A DNA stretch of 63,919 nt, filler included. It is 5 parts of 5 records of this genome, joined end to end, with 100 filler letters (N's around TTAATTAATTAA, not from the genome) between each part and the next. Parts side by side here need not be neighbours in the genome. Positions count along the whole stretch, not along the records: positions 27,705 to 34,303 come from SRR31156797_8306; positions 34,404 to 54,576 come from SRR31156797_8315; 3 more parts are not named here. One strand, written 5' to 3'. A program made the position numbers and the translations under genes. Under the pieces are notes generated by a model that had not been told where the DNA came from, did not search any database, and was given only the letters and a program-made list of their open reading frames with translations. Shown piece after piece: positions 29,376-37,652 of the stretch; position 1 is the first letter of the stretch; every line of letters starts with the position of its first letter.

Positions 29376-30260
29376 TCAGTGATCAGCGTTTTTGGGTCGT
29401 TTTCTTGGATTTCGAACTTCAAAAGTGAGAGTTGCTGTACGTTTTTCGGTTAAATATTCAGTCGTCTTCTCTTGTGGGGCATCTGTCTTGGTAAAAAAAC
29501 GAACGAACCACCTTCCAGATTCATCAATCGGGACAGTGAACTCTCCACCGCTCACCGTCGCGCGAGGGAAATACATGTCTTCGGCTTCTGTAGAAAAACC
29601 ACTGTATGTTGCGTCCCAAACCCCTTCACCTGTATATGGTTTACCGTCAAAATACGTGCGAAAAGTAAGTGTATCGCCCTGCACAAGCGATCCGGGATTT
29701 TTCTCAGGGACCAGCTCAAGGGGCAGACCGACTTGACCGGGAAAATCAACAGAAGGCTCATCGCACGTCACATACGTTTTGGTCCACTGGCTGCTGCGCA
29801 TGCTGGACTCGACAGCCTGGGCATTACCTGCAAAGGTGTTCAATGGCTTGAGGGAGTGTCGCCTACGCCCTTTTTTATCGGTATACATGGCAAAATAGCC
29901 GGGCTTGGTTTCTGCTGTTAACACATACGTTCCCGGGATTTCGTAATTTATAACATAGGAATGGAGCGATTTTTCATCCCGAAGCGCTACCTCCTTAACC
30001 GACTTCTCCGGATCCATGACCTTAACGTACATCAACTTATTCCGACGTACGGCATCATCAACAGGAAAGTGATGGCCAAAACAAAAAAACAACGGCGTCC
30101 CTTTCCCTGATTTGACAACGTAACGTCCTGATTGAATAAAAAGTGAATGGGCTGAGGCAGCAACGGGTGCAATAATCATTGCTGCCCCCAATACAGCGGT
30201 TAATGCTGTACGAGTAAAAAGTTTACCGCCCCGCCTTTGTTTCTCATCATTCTTTCTCAT
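29376..30260 (-). CDS. DUF4198 family periplasmic protein
   Basis: Start corrected to MRKNDEK (AAGGA RBS). Signal peptide ending ASA|HSLFI. Motifs FGHHFP, GLPLELVP..NP..L..GD and TATLTF. Confidence 0.82.
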   Translation of the reverse strand: MRKNDEKQRRGGKLFTRTALTAVLGAAMIIAPVAASAHSLFIQSGRYVVKSGKGTPLFFCFGHHFPVDDAVRRNKLMYVKVMDPEKSVKEVALRDEKSLHSYVINYEIPGTYVLTAETKPGYFAMYTDKKGRRRHSLKPLNTFAGNAQAVESSMRSSQWTKTYVTCDEPSVDFPGQVGLPLELVPEKNPGSLVQGDTLTFRTYFDGKPYTGEGVWDATYSGFSTEAEDMYFPRATVSGGEFTVPIDESGRWFVRFFTKTDAPQEKTTEYLTEKRTATLTFEVRNPRKRPKNADH

Positions 30261-30362
30261 TATATAATCCTTTTTTCTTTGCTGGAGAGCAAGAGCCACT
30301 ATGAGCACCTCCAAAAGATAAGATTGAATCTCCACCCGCCATATTAGAAGGCATGAATATTT

Positions 30363-30429
30363 TTTTGGCAAGCTAAAAAAATACTTGCCAATTAAATTCG
30401 GCAATGCTAAACTTCTTAAAGCTGATTAA
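30363..30429 (+). promoter_or_regulatory. sigma70 promoter overlapped by DtxR-type boxes
   Basis: TTGCCA (30385) -17 bp- TAAACT (30408). Boxes TTTTGGCAAGCTAA (30363), TTCGGCAATGCTAA (30397) and TTAAAGCTGATTAA (30416). Confidence 0.6.
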
Positions 30430-30488
30430 CTTTACACGTCATATTTAATAACAAATATCAAATTTTTATTGCTTTTTTAGAGGAAAAC

Positions 30489-30623
30489 ATGGCACTTTTC
30501 ATCCCTGTAGCCTGCAGTCTTGCAACAGCCCTTACGGTCGCTTTAGCAGTTGAGACTGGAAAGGGAACAAAAAAAACCATTGAACGACGAAAGCGGAGAA
30601 ATGCTCGAAAATATAGATCTTGA
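30489..30623 (+). CDS. 44-aa membrane peptide, absent from the ORF track
   Basis: GAGGA RBS. Sequence MALFIPVACSLATALTVALAVETGKGTKKTIERRKRRNARKYRS*: one hydrophobic helix and a basic tail. Overlaps the next start codon. Confidence 0.6.
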   Translation: MALFIPVACSLATALTVALAVETGKGTKKTIERRKRRNARKYRS

Positions 30624-30879
30624 CACCAGGAAGGAAATTGCCAAAATAGGGATGACAGCAACTTTAGGTATCACCGTTGCCACAGCCCCTTTTTTAAAAG
30701 GCAGCAAGCCTATGAAAAATATTCATACAGGTGCTGGAGTACTTTTGGCCGGTTTCGCACTGTGGCATCACGCGCTCTACCAAGGTGATAAAAAGAAAAA
30801 ACTCCCCAAACAGACCGCAGACAAAACAGCAGAAGCAAAAACGCCAATCCAAGAGCCTGCTCCTGGCAATATCGGATGA
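30601..30879 (+). CDS. 92-aa two-helix membrane protein with His residues
   Basis: Start corrected to MLENIDLD (GGAG RBS). Segments KEIAKIGMTATL and KNIHTGAG...LWHH. Confidence 0.7.
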   Translation: MLENIDLDTRKEIAKIGMTATLGITVATAPFLKGSKPMKNIHTGAGVLLAGFALWHHALYQGDKKKKLPKQTADKTAEAKTPIQEPAPGNIG

Positions 30880-31209
30880 TAAAAGCAGGTTTTCCTGCCC
30901 ACCCTGCTGCATTAAAAAAAAACCACTTCCGCAACGGACCCCTTATTTAATTATGCCACCCCGTATCCCTCCTAAATAGCTCATGTTAACCATGGGCTAT
31001 TTCCCACGTCTTCCCCTTTCAATCCCCCAGGAATACGTCTCTTTAGGCGATCGCTATTTTTCTGCCTAAAGATGAAAAAAGCCATTGGTCATGGAAAAGG
31101 GCTCTTATAATTATCTACTCAAACCAAACCAACGGAAAAGAAACATTGACTTTCTCCATAATCGCCGTATTTTTTTAGAGGCTTATTAACCTTTACACAG
31201 CGGAATTAT

Positions 31210-31707
31210 ATGGCAGCTAGCACCAAACTTACAGCAAGCCAGGAAGATTACCTTGAAGCAATCTTCCATATTTCTGAAGAGAAAATGGCAGCTCGAGCCA
31301 AAGACATCGCAAAGTATCTTGATGTAAGAGCATCCTCGGTCACCACGGCTCTTCGCAATCTTGGCAAAATGGAATTGATCAACTACGCCCCTTACGACTT
31401 GATCACCCTCACTAAAAAAGGACAGCAGGTAGCCAAGGAAATCGTCAAACGGCACAACGCACTGGAAAGATTTTTAGTCAATGTCCTTGGTGTCACCCCT
31501 GAAGAAGCAGATGAAGCAGCCTGCAAAATGGAACATTCCATTCCCAAAGCAATTGTCGAACGGCTTATTAAATATTCCGAGTATGTGGAAACCTGCCCTA
31601 AGGGTGGAATAACCTGGGAAAGCGGTTTTGGCTACTACTGCAAAGACGAATGCTCTGAGAAAAGCTGCGAACGCCATTCCGGCGCTTTACCTAACGAAAA
31701 GCCCTAA
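31210..31707 (+). CDS. DtxR/MntR family metal-dependent repressor
   Basis: EDYLEAI, wHTH (ASSVTTAL), RH..LE.FL and ACKMEH. Cys-rich tail instead of an SH3/FeoA domain. Confidence 0.93.
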   Translation: MAASTKLTASQEDYLEAIFHISEEKMAARAKDIAKYLDVRASSVTTALRNLGKMELINYAPYDLITLTKKGQQVAKEIVKRHNALERFLVNVLGVTPEEADEAACKMEHSIPKAIVERLIKYSEYVETCPKGGITWESGFGYYCKDECSEKSCERHSGALPNEKP

Positions 31708-31715
31708 TCTTCATA

Positions 31716-31742
31716 ATATGCAGGGCGTTCTGCCCTGCATAT
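31716..31742 (+). terminator. Hairpin after the dtxR-like gene
   Basis: ATATGCAGGGC-GTTCT-GCCCTGCATAT. Confidence 0.7.
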
Positions 31743-31756
31743 AGCCCCCTCTTTTC

Positions 31757-31936
31757 TTAAGCAAGCCTAAAAAATACTTGACTTACCTTATCACCCCCTT
31801 TATTAATTAGTCATATCTAAAAAAATACTCCCCGCCTAATACCCAGGGCCGTTAATCATGCCTATAACTGAAAAGTTTCCCAGGATTAACCTTGCCCTCG
31901 ATATTAGCCAGGGCTAATTTAATTCGCTAGACCTAA
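31757..31936 (+). promoter_or_regulatory. Promoter of the DUF2325-flavodoxin operon with four TTAG-N6-CTAA-type boxes
   Basis: Boxes TTAAGCAAGCCTAA (31757), TTAGTCATATCTAA (31807), TTAGCCAGGGCTAA (31904) and TTCGCTAGACCTAA (31923). A -35 TTGACT at 31778. Confidence 0.7.
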
Positions 31937-31953
31937 CCGAGAGGTGCAAAAAC

Positions 31954-33240
31954 ATGCAAACCAAGCGCAACACTTCAGCCGAGCTCAAACAAGCCGCTGC
32001 ACGGCGAAAGAAATTATGGGAAGGAAATGATGGGTACAGTTGCTCCATTATTGGAACATGTCTCAGGCGAGAGGATATACGAAAACTTGCCAGAAAAAAA
32101 CTGTACGGCTTAAACACAGGCATGGATGATTTTGAAATCCACACCAACCTTGTCCGCCAAGCCCACCAGCGCGGTCCGCAGTCCAGGGCAATGCAAAAAA
32201 TTCTTGATTTCAAATATTGTCGAGCGATTAAGCGATACAGCAGAGCTTTAGACGATGAGAGTATAAAAAAACTGTGGGAAGTTGACAGAGGAAGCGGGAC
32301 TATAGCCGGTGCCTATTGGGCAACAATGACGCATCCAACTATTAGCAAGGAGCTCCTTGCAGAAATATACGGACAGGTACACATGCTGTCACATGATTTT
32401 TTTGTATTAGATAAAAAAGATAAGCAAACCATAACTACTCTTCGCAAAAAAGCTTCTGCTTTAGAAGAGGTGCTTGTATCGGAACGACAACACTACCTGG
32501 AAATCAAAAAAGACAACGCCAACAATCTTGACCGTATTGCAAAACTGCAAGATGAAAAAAATGCCCTCACAACAGAAAACAGCCAATTGAAGGCACAGCT
32601 CGCTGATTTCCAATCAGGTAAAGTAAGTCTGGCTCACAAACAAAAAGTAGAAGAGTTAAAGCAGGAAGCAATGGATGCCCGACAAATTTCTTCCGGCCTA
32701 CAGGGCGAAGCAGACATGCTTGCTCGTGAACTGGAACAAACAACAAAGCGACTCAAAGCGACACGACATAATACCACTGTTTTAGAAGAAGAATTAACTG
32801 ACGCAGCAAAAGAAAATGTAGAACTACAGAGGGAAGTTGCAGCCTTAGAAGCAGCAATAATGTTCAACAGCACCGCTCTACCTGTGGACTGTGAGCAATG
32901 CAATGATAAAGACTCCGACCGCTGCCCTGGTCAAGATCTTTGCGGTAAAACAATCCTCTATGTCGGAGGACTGAACAACATGGTTCCACGTTACCGCCAG
33001 CTGGTTGAAAAGTTTGGTGGCCGCTTCATTCACCATGATGGGGGCAAAGAAGCCGCACGTACGCAGCTGCCTAAGATGCTGTACACCGCAGATGCCGTTC
33101 TCTGCCCGGTTGACTTTGTGAGCCACGATGCAACCAATTGTGTGAAAAGGATCTGCAAACGTAACCAAAAGCCATATGTCATGATGCGTAGCGCAGGTCT
33201 TTCTTCACTGGCCAAAGGACTCAATGAAATTATCCAATAA
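31954..33240 (+). CDS. DUF2325 domain-containing coiled-coil protein
   Basis: N-terminal CSIIGTCL, a long coiled coil, a CxxC-x7-C-x5-C cluster and a C-terminal ILYVGG...HHDGG...ADAVLCPVDFVSH. Confidence 0.82.
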   Translation: MQTKRNTSAELKQAAARRKKLWEGNDGYSCSIIGTCLRREDIRKLARKKLYGLNTGMDDFEIHTNLVRQAHQRGPQSRAMQKILDFKYCRAIKRYSRALDDESIKKLWEVDRGSGTIAGAYWATMTHPTISKELLAEIYGQVHMLSHDFFVLDKKDKQTITTLRKKASALEEVLVSERQHYLEIKKDNANNLDRIAKLQDEKNALTTENSQLKAQLADFQSGKVSLAHKQKVEELKQEAMDARQISSGLQGEADMLARELEQTTKRLKATRHNTTVLEEELTDAAKENVELQREVAALEAAIMFNSTALPVDCEQCNDKDSDRCPGQDLCGKTILYVGGLNNMVPRYRQLVEKFGGRFIHHDGGKEAARTQLPKMLYTADAVLCPVDFVSHDATNCVKRICKRNQKPYVMMRSAGLSSLAKGLNEIIQ

Positions 33241-33272
33241 TCACTTTTGACTACATATAGAGGTATCCAATT

Positions 33273-33626
33273 ATGAAAATCGACACAGACCAGCGTAATG
33301 GCAACCTGCACATCAAACTCAACGGCTCCTTTAATCAGGATACAGCTGCCAAGTTAACGATGGTAATGATGCGATCCTACCAGGGAAAAGGTAATATTTT
33401 TATCCATACCGAAAATATCTCCACAGTTGCCCCTGAATCCAAGTGCACCTTTAATGATCTCATCGGACAATCAAACCTTCCTCCAAAATGCATCTACCTG
33501 ATGGGAAAAAAGGGGCTTTCTATATGTCCGGATTCAGGCAAGGTCATTATTCCTGAGAAAAAACAACACAGCCACGGCGGATGCGGAAAATGTAAGAACT
33601 GCAGCTGCGGAAAAAAAGCAGCTTGA
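33273..33626 (+). CDS. Conserved hypothetical protein with a STAS-like start and His/Cys-rich tail
   Basis: GAGG RBS. NGNLHIKLNGSF at the start and HSHGGCGKCKNCSC at the end. Confidence 0.72.
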   Translation: MKIDTDQRNGNLHIKLNGSFNQDTAAKLTMVMMRSYQGKGNIFIHTENISTVAPESKCTFNDLIGQSNLPPKCIYLMGKKGLSICPDSGKVIIPEKKQHSHGGCGKCKNCSCGKKAA

Positions 33627-33664
33627 CAGTCTATTGAACGAAGCTATCATAAAAGGAGTTTGAC

Positions 33665-34111
33665 ATGGCAAAAACATTGATTGTGTACGGTTCAACCACT
33701 GGTAATACGGAAATGGTGGCTGAGCAGATCGGCGGATATCTCCAGGAAAAAGGAGCAGAGGTAACTGTTAAAAATGTAACCAACACCTTTCCTGAAGACC
33801 TCAGTGAAAACTGGGATTGCGTCCTCTTGGGAGCATCGACCTGGGGCGATGCTGAAATTGAATTCCAGGAAGATTTTGAACCTTTTTATGAAAATCTGGA
33901 CAAGGTGGATTTAAAAAACAAAAAAATTGCTCTTTTTGGCTGTGGTGATTCAGGTTATGAACATTACTGCGGAGCAGTTGACCTGCTTGAAGAAAAAATG
34001 GCTGAATTGGGAGCAAAGGTAATGAACGAGCCGCTTCGCATTGATGGTGAGCCAGATGATTCGGCGGACGAAATCAAAGACTGGGCAGTTGAAGTTGGTG
34101 ATGCCATATAA
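33665..34111 (+). CDS. fld: Short-chain flavodoxin
   Basis: Motifs YGSTTGNTE, GASTWGD and FGCGDSGYEHYCGAVD. 148 aa, Desulfovibrio-type. Confidence 0.95.
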   Translation: MAKTLIVYGSTTGNTEMVAEQIGGYLQEKGAEVTVKNVTNTFPEDLSENWDCVLLGASTWGDAEIEFQEDFEPFYENLDKVDLKNKKIALFGCGDSGYEHYCGAVDLLEEKMAELGAKVMNEPLRIDGEPDDSADEIKDWAVEVGDAI

Positions 34112-34144
34112 GTTGATACTATTAAATATGACCTTTTAAGACGA

Positions 34145-34172
34145 CAAAGCCGGAGAGCTCTCTCCGGCTTTG
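34145..34172 (+). terminator. Terminator after flavodoxin
   Basis: CAAAGCCGGAGA-GCTC-TCTCCGGCTTTG. Confidence 0.75.
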
Positions 34173-34260
34173 CTGCCTGCTCTTTTTTCACCTGTCCCAC
34201 CTTCCGGGCCAGGACCCGCCAGTAAAACACAGCACTGCCGAAAAGTAACGGTGGCGATGC

Positions 34261-34303
34261 CTAGGAGGTTGTTCGAGAATAGGGATTTTTGTTCGAATCA
34301 AGG
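34261..34303. mobile_element. Possible terminus of a multicopy IS/MITE at the contig end
   Basis: CTAGGAGGTTGTTCGAGAATAGGG... begins with CTAG and runs into the assembly break. It resembles short repeats I recall from Desulfobacterota. Confidence 0.3.
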
Positions 34304-34403
34304 NNNNNNNNNNNNNNNNNNNNNNNNNNNNNNNNNNNNNNNNNNNNTTAATTAATTAANNNNNNNNNNNNNNNNNNNNNNNNNNNNNNNNNNNNNNNNN
34401 NNN
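34304..34403. other. Artificial contig linker
   Basis: N-run / TTAATTAATTAA / N-run. Confidence 0.98.
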
Positions 34404-34676
34404 ATTCAGCGAATAACAAATAACCTCGCCTTAGCCTCGATTTGTAAGAGTGTTGCAGCGCTCCAGGTGCGCACAAGCAGGCTGGATGACTAGAGTGATG
34501 CTCTATGTTTTTCTGCCTGATCGTGGGCAGGGGTAAACGTAGATTCCGCGGATGCTGCAGAATAGTTATATAAAGCATTCTCTTTCAGACTGCCTTAAAG
34601 TGCAAGAGTAAGTGGCGGGGCAACCTGTACAATATTAAGCCCGAATGTCGCATTCGTTCTGGCGGGCACCGGCGAT

Positions 34677-35159
34677 TTATTTTTGCTTTGTTCCGGCGGC
34701 TTCCTGTTCAAGCAATACTCCAAGAAGAGAGGCGGTTTCTCCGACAAGCTTTATACATACTTTTCTACGACTGTCAGGATTTTTATAAAAATCTCTTGCC
34801 TGGTCTCTGTCGTGCCAGTTTACCCTGGCAATATGTGTACACGTGATGCCCCCATGCTCTTCAGTGAGTTCTGCAAATTTATCCATAAACTGATGACTGA
34901 GCTTCCACATGCGCGGATTTTCTTTTTCATCAAGAGTGCCTCGACTGTAAAGACTCGAAATAACAGCTACTCCGGCGATCATTGCCCCACAGACATTACC
35001 CGAACTGGCAATGCCGCCACCAAATGCACCAAATGCTTTGACCACATTTGGGTCTGTAATCCCGAGTTTTTCCTGACCCACGGCCAGAACTGCCTGGCTT
35101 CAGTGCATTCTTTGTTGGTAAAGCTCACTTGCTTTTGCTTTCATTTCCTCGGGATCCAT
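34677..35159 (-). CDS. C-GCAxxG-C-C family putative redox selenoprotein (Sec at codon 20)
   Basis: GGAG RBS and ATG at 35159 give MDPEEMKAKASELYQQRMH-TGA-SQAVLAV..., in frame with FGGGIASSGNVCGA...C...C. The TGA (35100-35102) sits at the family's first Cys position. 160 aa. Confidence 0.85.
35071..35089 (-). promoter_or_regulatory. Bacterial SECIS-like hairpin
   Basis: TTCTGGCC-GTG-GGTCAGGA begins at nucleotide 11 after the UGA and has G in the apical loop. Confidence 0.7.
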
Positions 35160-35698
35160 ATAATCTCCAGCATGAAGTTTTGGTTAAAAACCAGCAACTC
35201 TACAGTATTTTAAGGAAAAATGCATGAAACTATTCAGCAGTGCTACCCCCACGCTTGATCAGTCAGGAAAATGCAGAACAGCTATTGTTACCCTGCCTTA
35301 TTATACATATCTGGAGCACTGCCTAAAAGTTACAGAAAGAAGGCACGTGAGTTTGTTACATTAACTGAATTGCTACAAAAGCATATGAAGTATCCGTGTT
35401 GTAAATACCATAGTTATGATGCCATAATTTAAGAGACATCCTTTTTTTTTTGGTTTAAATCATATCTTTAGAAATGATTGTATTTCTATTGAAGAAAGGT
35501 GTCACAAGTTGTGAAACCTTCTAACTAAACAAGACCAAAAGTAACTGTTCAGCAGTTCTGCTTATGCTCACAAGCTGAGCGATTAGCTCTCTATCGGTAT
35601 GTTTGGCGGGCAGATCGTGGTTAGTTGGGGGGGGGGCTTGCCCAATAGTTATGACAAAAACGAATATCCGTAGCAACGAAAGGACAAGAATACTCAGC

Positions 35699-36346
35699 AT
35701 GCAAGAAGAAGCCGTAATAGTATTTGATTTTGAAACAACCGGATCGTCTCCTAAGATGGGTGACCGGCCCATAGAGGTAGGTGCCGTGCGGATTGAGAAC
35801 CGCATGATCGTTGACACGTTTCAAAGTTTGATGAATCCAGGATTCACCATCACCTCATTTATCGAGTCTATAACCGGGATAGGCAATGATATGCTCATTG
35901 GTGCTCCTCCCTGTGAGGATGTTATGACCCAGTTTGCAGGTTTCATTGGCTCGACGCCACTCGTTGCCCATAATGCCTCATTTGACCGACAGTTTTTAGA
36001 CAGTGAGTTGCAGCAACTCAACCTGTTTCCCGAAAATCCCATGGCCTGTTCAATGTTAATCAGTCGAAGGATATTTCCCCATGCACCCAACCATAAATTG
36101 CGTACCTTAATTGAATATTGCGGACTCTATAACGATGACGTTTTTCATCGTGCCTTGGAAGACGCAGAGAAAACAGGGCATCTTTGGATAGCCCTGTGTG
36201 ATGAAATCCACGAGGTCTACGGTCTTGAAAAAGTTTCTTTTGCAATGATGCAGCAACTGGAAAAGTTGAAAAAGGCAAAAGTGGAATCCTTTCTCAATCA
36301 CAAATCAATGGAACAGAAAAACAGCCTTTTAAGCGTGTTAAGTTAA
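35699..36346 (+). CDS. DEDDh 3'-5' exonuclease (DnaQ-like)
   Basis: Motifs FDFETTG, VAHNASFD and HRALEDA. Start probably at 35699 (alternative 35651). Confidence 0.88.
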   Translation: MQEEAVIVFDFETTGSSPKMGDRPIEVGAVRIENRMIVDTFQSLMNPGFTITSFIESITGIGNDMLIGAPPCEDVMTQFAGFIGSTPLVAHNASFDRQFLDSELQQLNLFPENPMACSMLISRRIFPHAPNHKLRTLIEYCGLYNDDVFHRALEDAEKTGHLWIALCDEIHEVYGLEKVSFAMMQQLEKLKKAKVESFLNHKSMEQKNSLLSVLS

Positions 36347-36354
36347 AGCTGTCT

Positions 36355-36663
36355 GTGAGGTTACATAGACCGGTGCCGGATAAGAAAACAATTCGTCAGC
36401 AAATACGAGAACTGCTCACTCTATCAGAGATGAATGCACGTGAAATTTCCCAGGAAGTACACATCTGTGAAAAAGAGGTTTATGAGCACCTGATGCATAT
36501 AAATCGCTCCCTTGCTGCAGCACATAAAAAAATAGTTATGAATCCAGCTACCTGCCTTCACTGCGGGTATGTATTCCAGGACCGGAGGCGTTATTCGCCT
36601 CCGGGACATTGCCCAAAGTGCAAACAGACACATATACAGAGTCCTCTCTATTTTATTCGATAA
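36355..36663 (+). CDS. HTH plus Zn-ribbon predicted transcriptional regulator
   Basis: TIRQQI..LL, EKEVYEHL.HI, and CxxCG...CPKC. Confidence 0.75.
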   Translation: MRLHRPVPDKKTIRQQIRELLTLSEMNAREISQEVHICEKEVYEHLMHINRSLAAAHKKIVMNPATCLHCGYVFQDRRRYSPPGHCPKCKQTHIQSPLYFIR

Positions 36664-36705
36664 TCCCCCTCTGACTTAGTCAGTACTTTAATATAAAACA
36701 CGCCC

Positions 36706-37629
36706 ATGATGGTCCTCAATGCTCTCTTCCCTGTCATCGCCATAATCAGTGCAGGTATCGTTCTCCAAAAAACACATTTTCTGGATGCAGATTTCTTTCG
36801 GAATAGTGACCGACTAGTCTATTTCGTCCTGTTTCCTGTGTTATTGTTCTGGAAAATAGGGACGGCTCCTCTTGATCCAGCTCAGGATACGCATTATTTG
36901 GCCGCTATAGGCTGTGCGGTGTTGACGGTCTTTATTGTGAGCCTTGTTTTTATTCGTATGGCTAAGGTGGAAGCTTTTAAGGTCGGATCATTTAGTCAAA
37001 GTTGTTATCGCTTTAACACCTATATCGGAATGGCGGTGGTGATCAATCTATTTGACGAAAAAGGCGTGCAGCTTTTTGGCATCCTTGTTGGTTTGGTTAT
37101 TCCATTTATCAATGTTCTCTCGGTTGGTGTTCTGATCTGGTTTTCAGACAAAGAACAGAATGTGATGGAAAAGCTCTTGGGTACCATTAAGAGTTTGTTG
37201 GTCAATCCCCTTATAATAGGTTGTCTCTGCGGTCTTGCCTATGCACGCCTGGTAGGAGGATTTCCTTCGTATATTAGCAATACCTTGCAGCTGTTGGCTT
37301 CAACTACTCTGCCGCTTGCACTATTATCCATTGGCGGGTCTTTAACCTTTCACGGGCTTCGTGGGAATTTTTGGTTGGCTACGGCTGGCTCCTGCTTCAA
37401 ATTAGTCATCCTGCCCCTGTTTGGATTATTTTTTCTGGCAGTTTTTGGGGTTACCGGCCAGCCCTGGCAGGTCAGTCTCCTATACCTCTCTTTACCCACC
37501 TCAACTGCTATTTATGTTCTTTCATCACAACTGCACTCAGACACGGACCTTGCCTCCGCAGCTATTGTTGTCTCTACCTGCTGTGCCTTTGTGACCATGT
37601 CCATCGCCATCTATTGGATCACCGCATAG
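36706..37629 (+). CDS. AEC (auxin efflux carrier) family transporter
   Basis: LV.FVLFP.LLF, RFNTYIG, NPLII and PLALLSIG, with about 10 TM helices. Confidence 0.85.
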   Translation: MMVLNALFPVIAIISAGIVLQKTHFLDADFFRNSDRLVYFVLFPVLLFWKIGTAPLDPAQDTHYLAAIGCAVLTVFIVSLVFIRMAKVEAFKVGSFSQSCYRFNTYIGMAVVINLFDEKGVQLFGILVGLVIPFINVLSVGVLIWFSDKEQNVMEKLLGTIKSLLVNPLIIGCLCGLAYARLVGGFPSYISNTLQLLASTTLPLALLSIGGSLTFHGLRGNFWLATAGSCFKLVILPLFGLFFLAVFGVTGQPWQVSLLYLSLPTSTAIYVLSSQLHSDTDLASAAIVVSTCCAFVTMSIAIYWITA

Positions 37630-37652
37630 ACAAAACTGCTGGAGGGCGAGGG

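Noticed and set aside
30261-30404. 48-aa N-terminal extension of the 342-aa DUF4198 ORF
   Set aside because: It runs through the promoter and operator region. The ATG at 30260 has an RBS and gives a proper signal peptide.
35627-35636. G10 tract as a phase-variation switch
   Set aside because: It lies upstream of the likely exonuclease start, and the gene is not a typical contingency locus. There is no supporting evidence.
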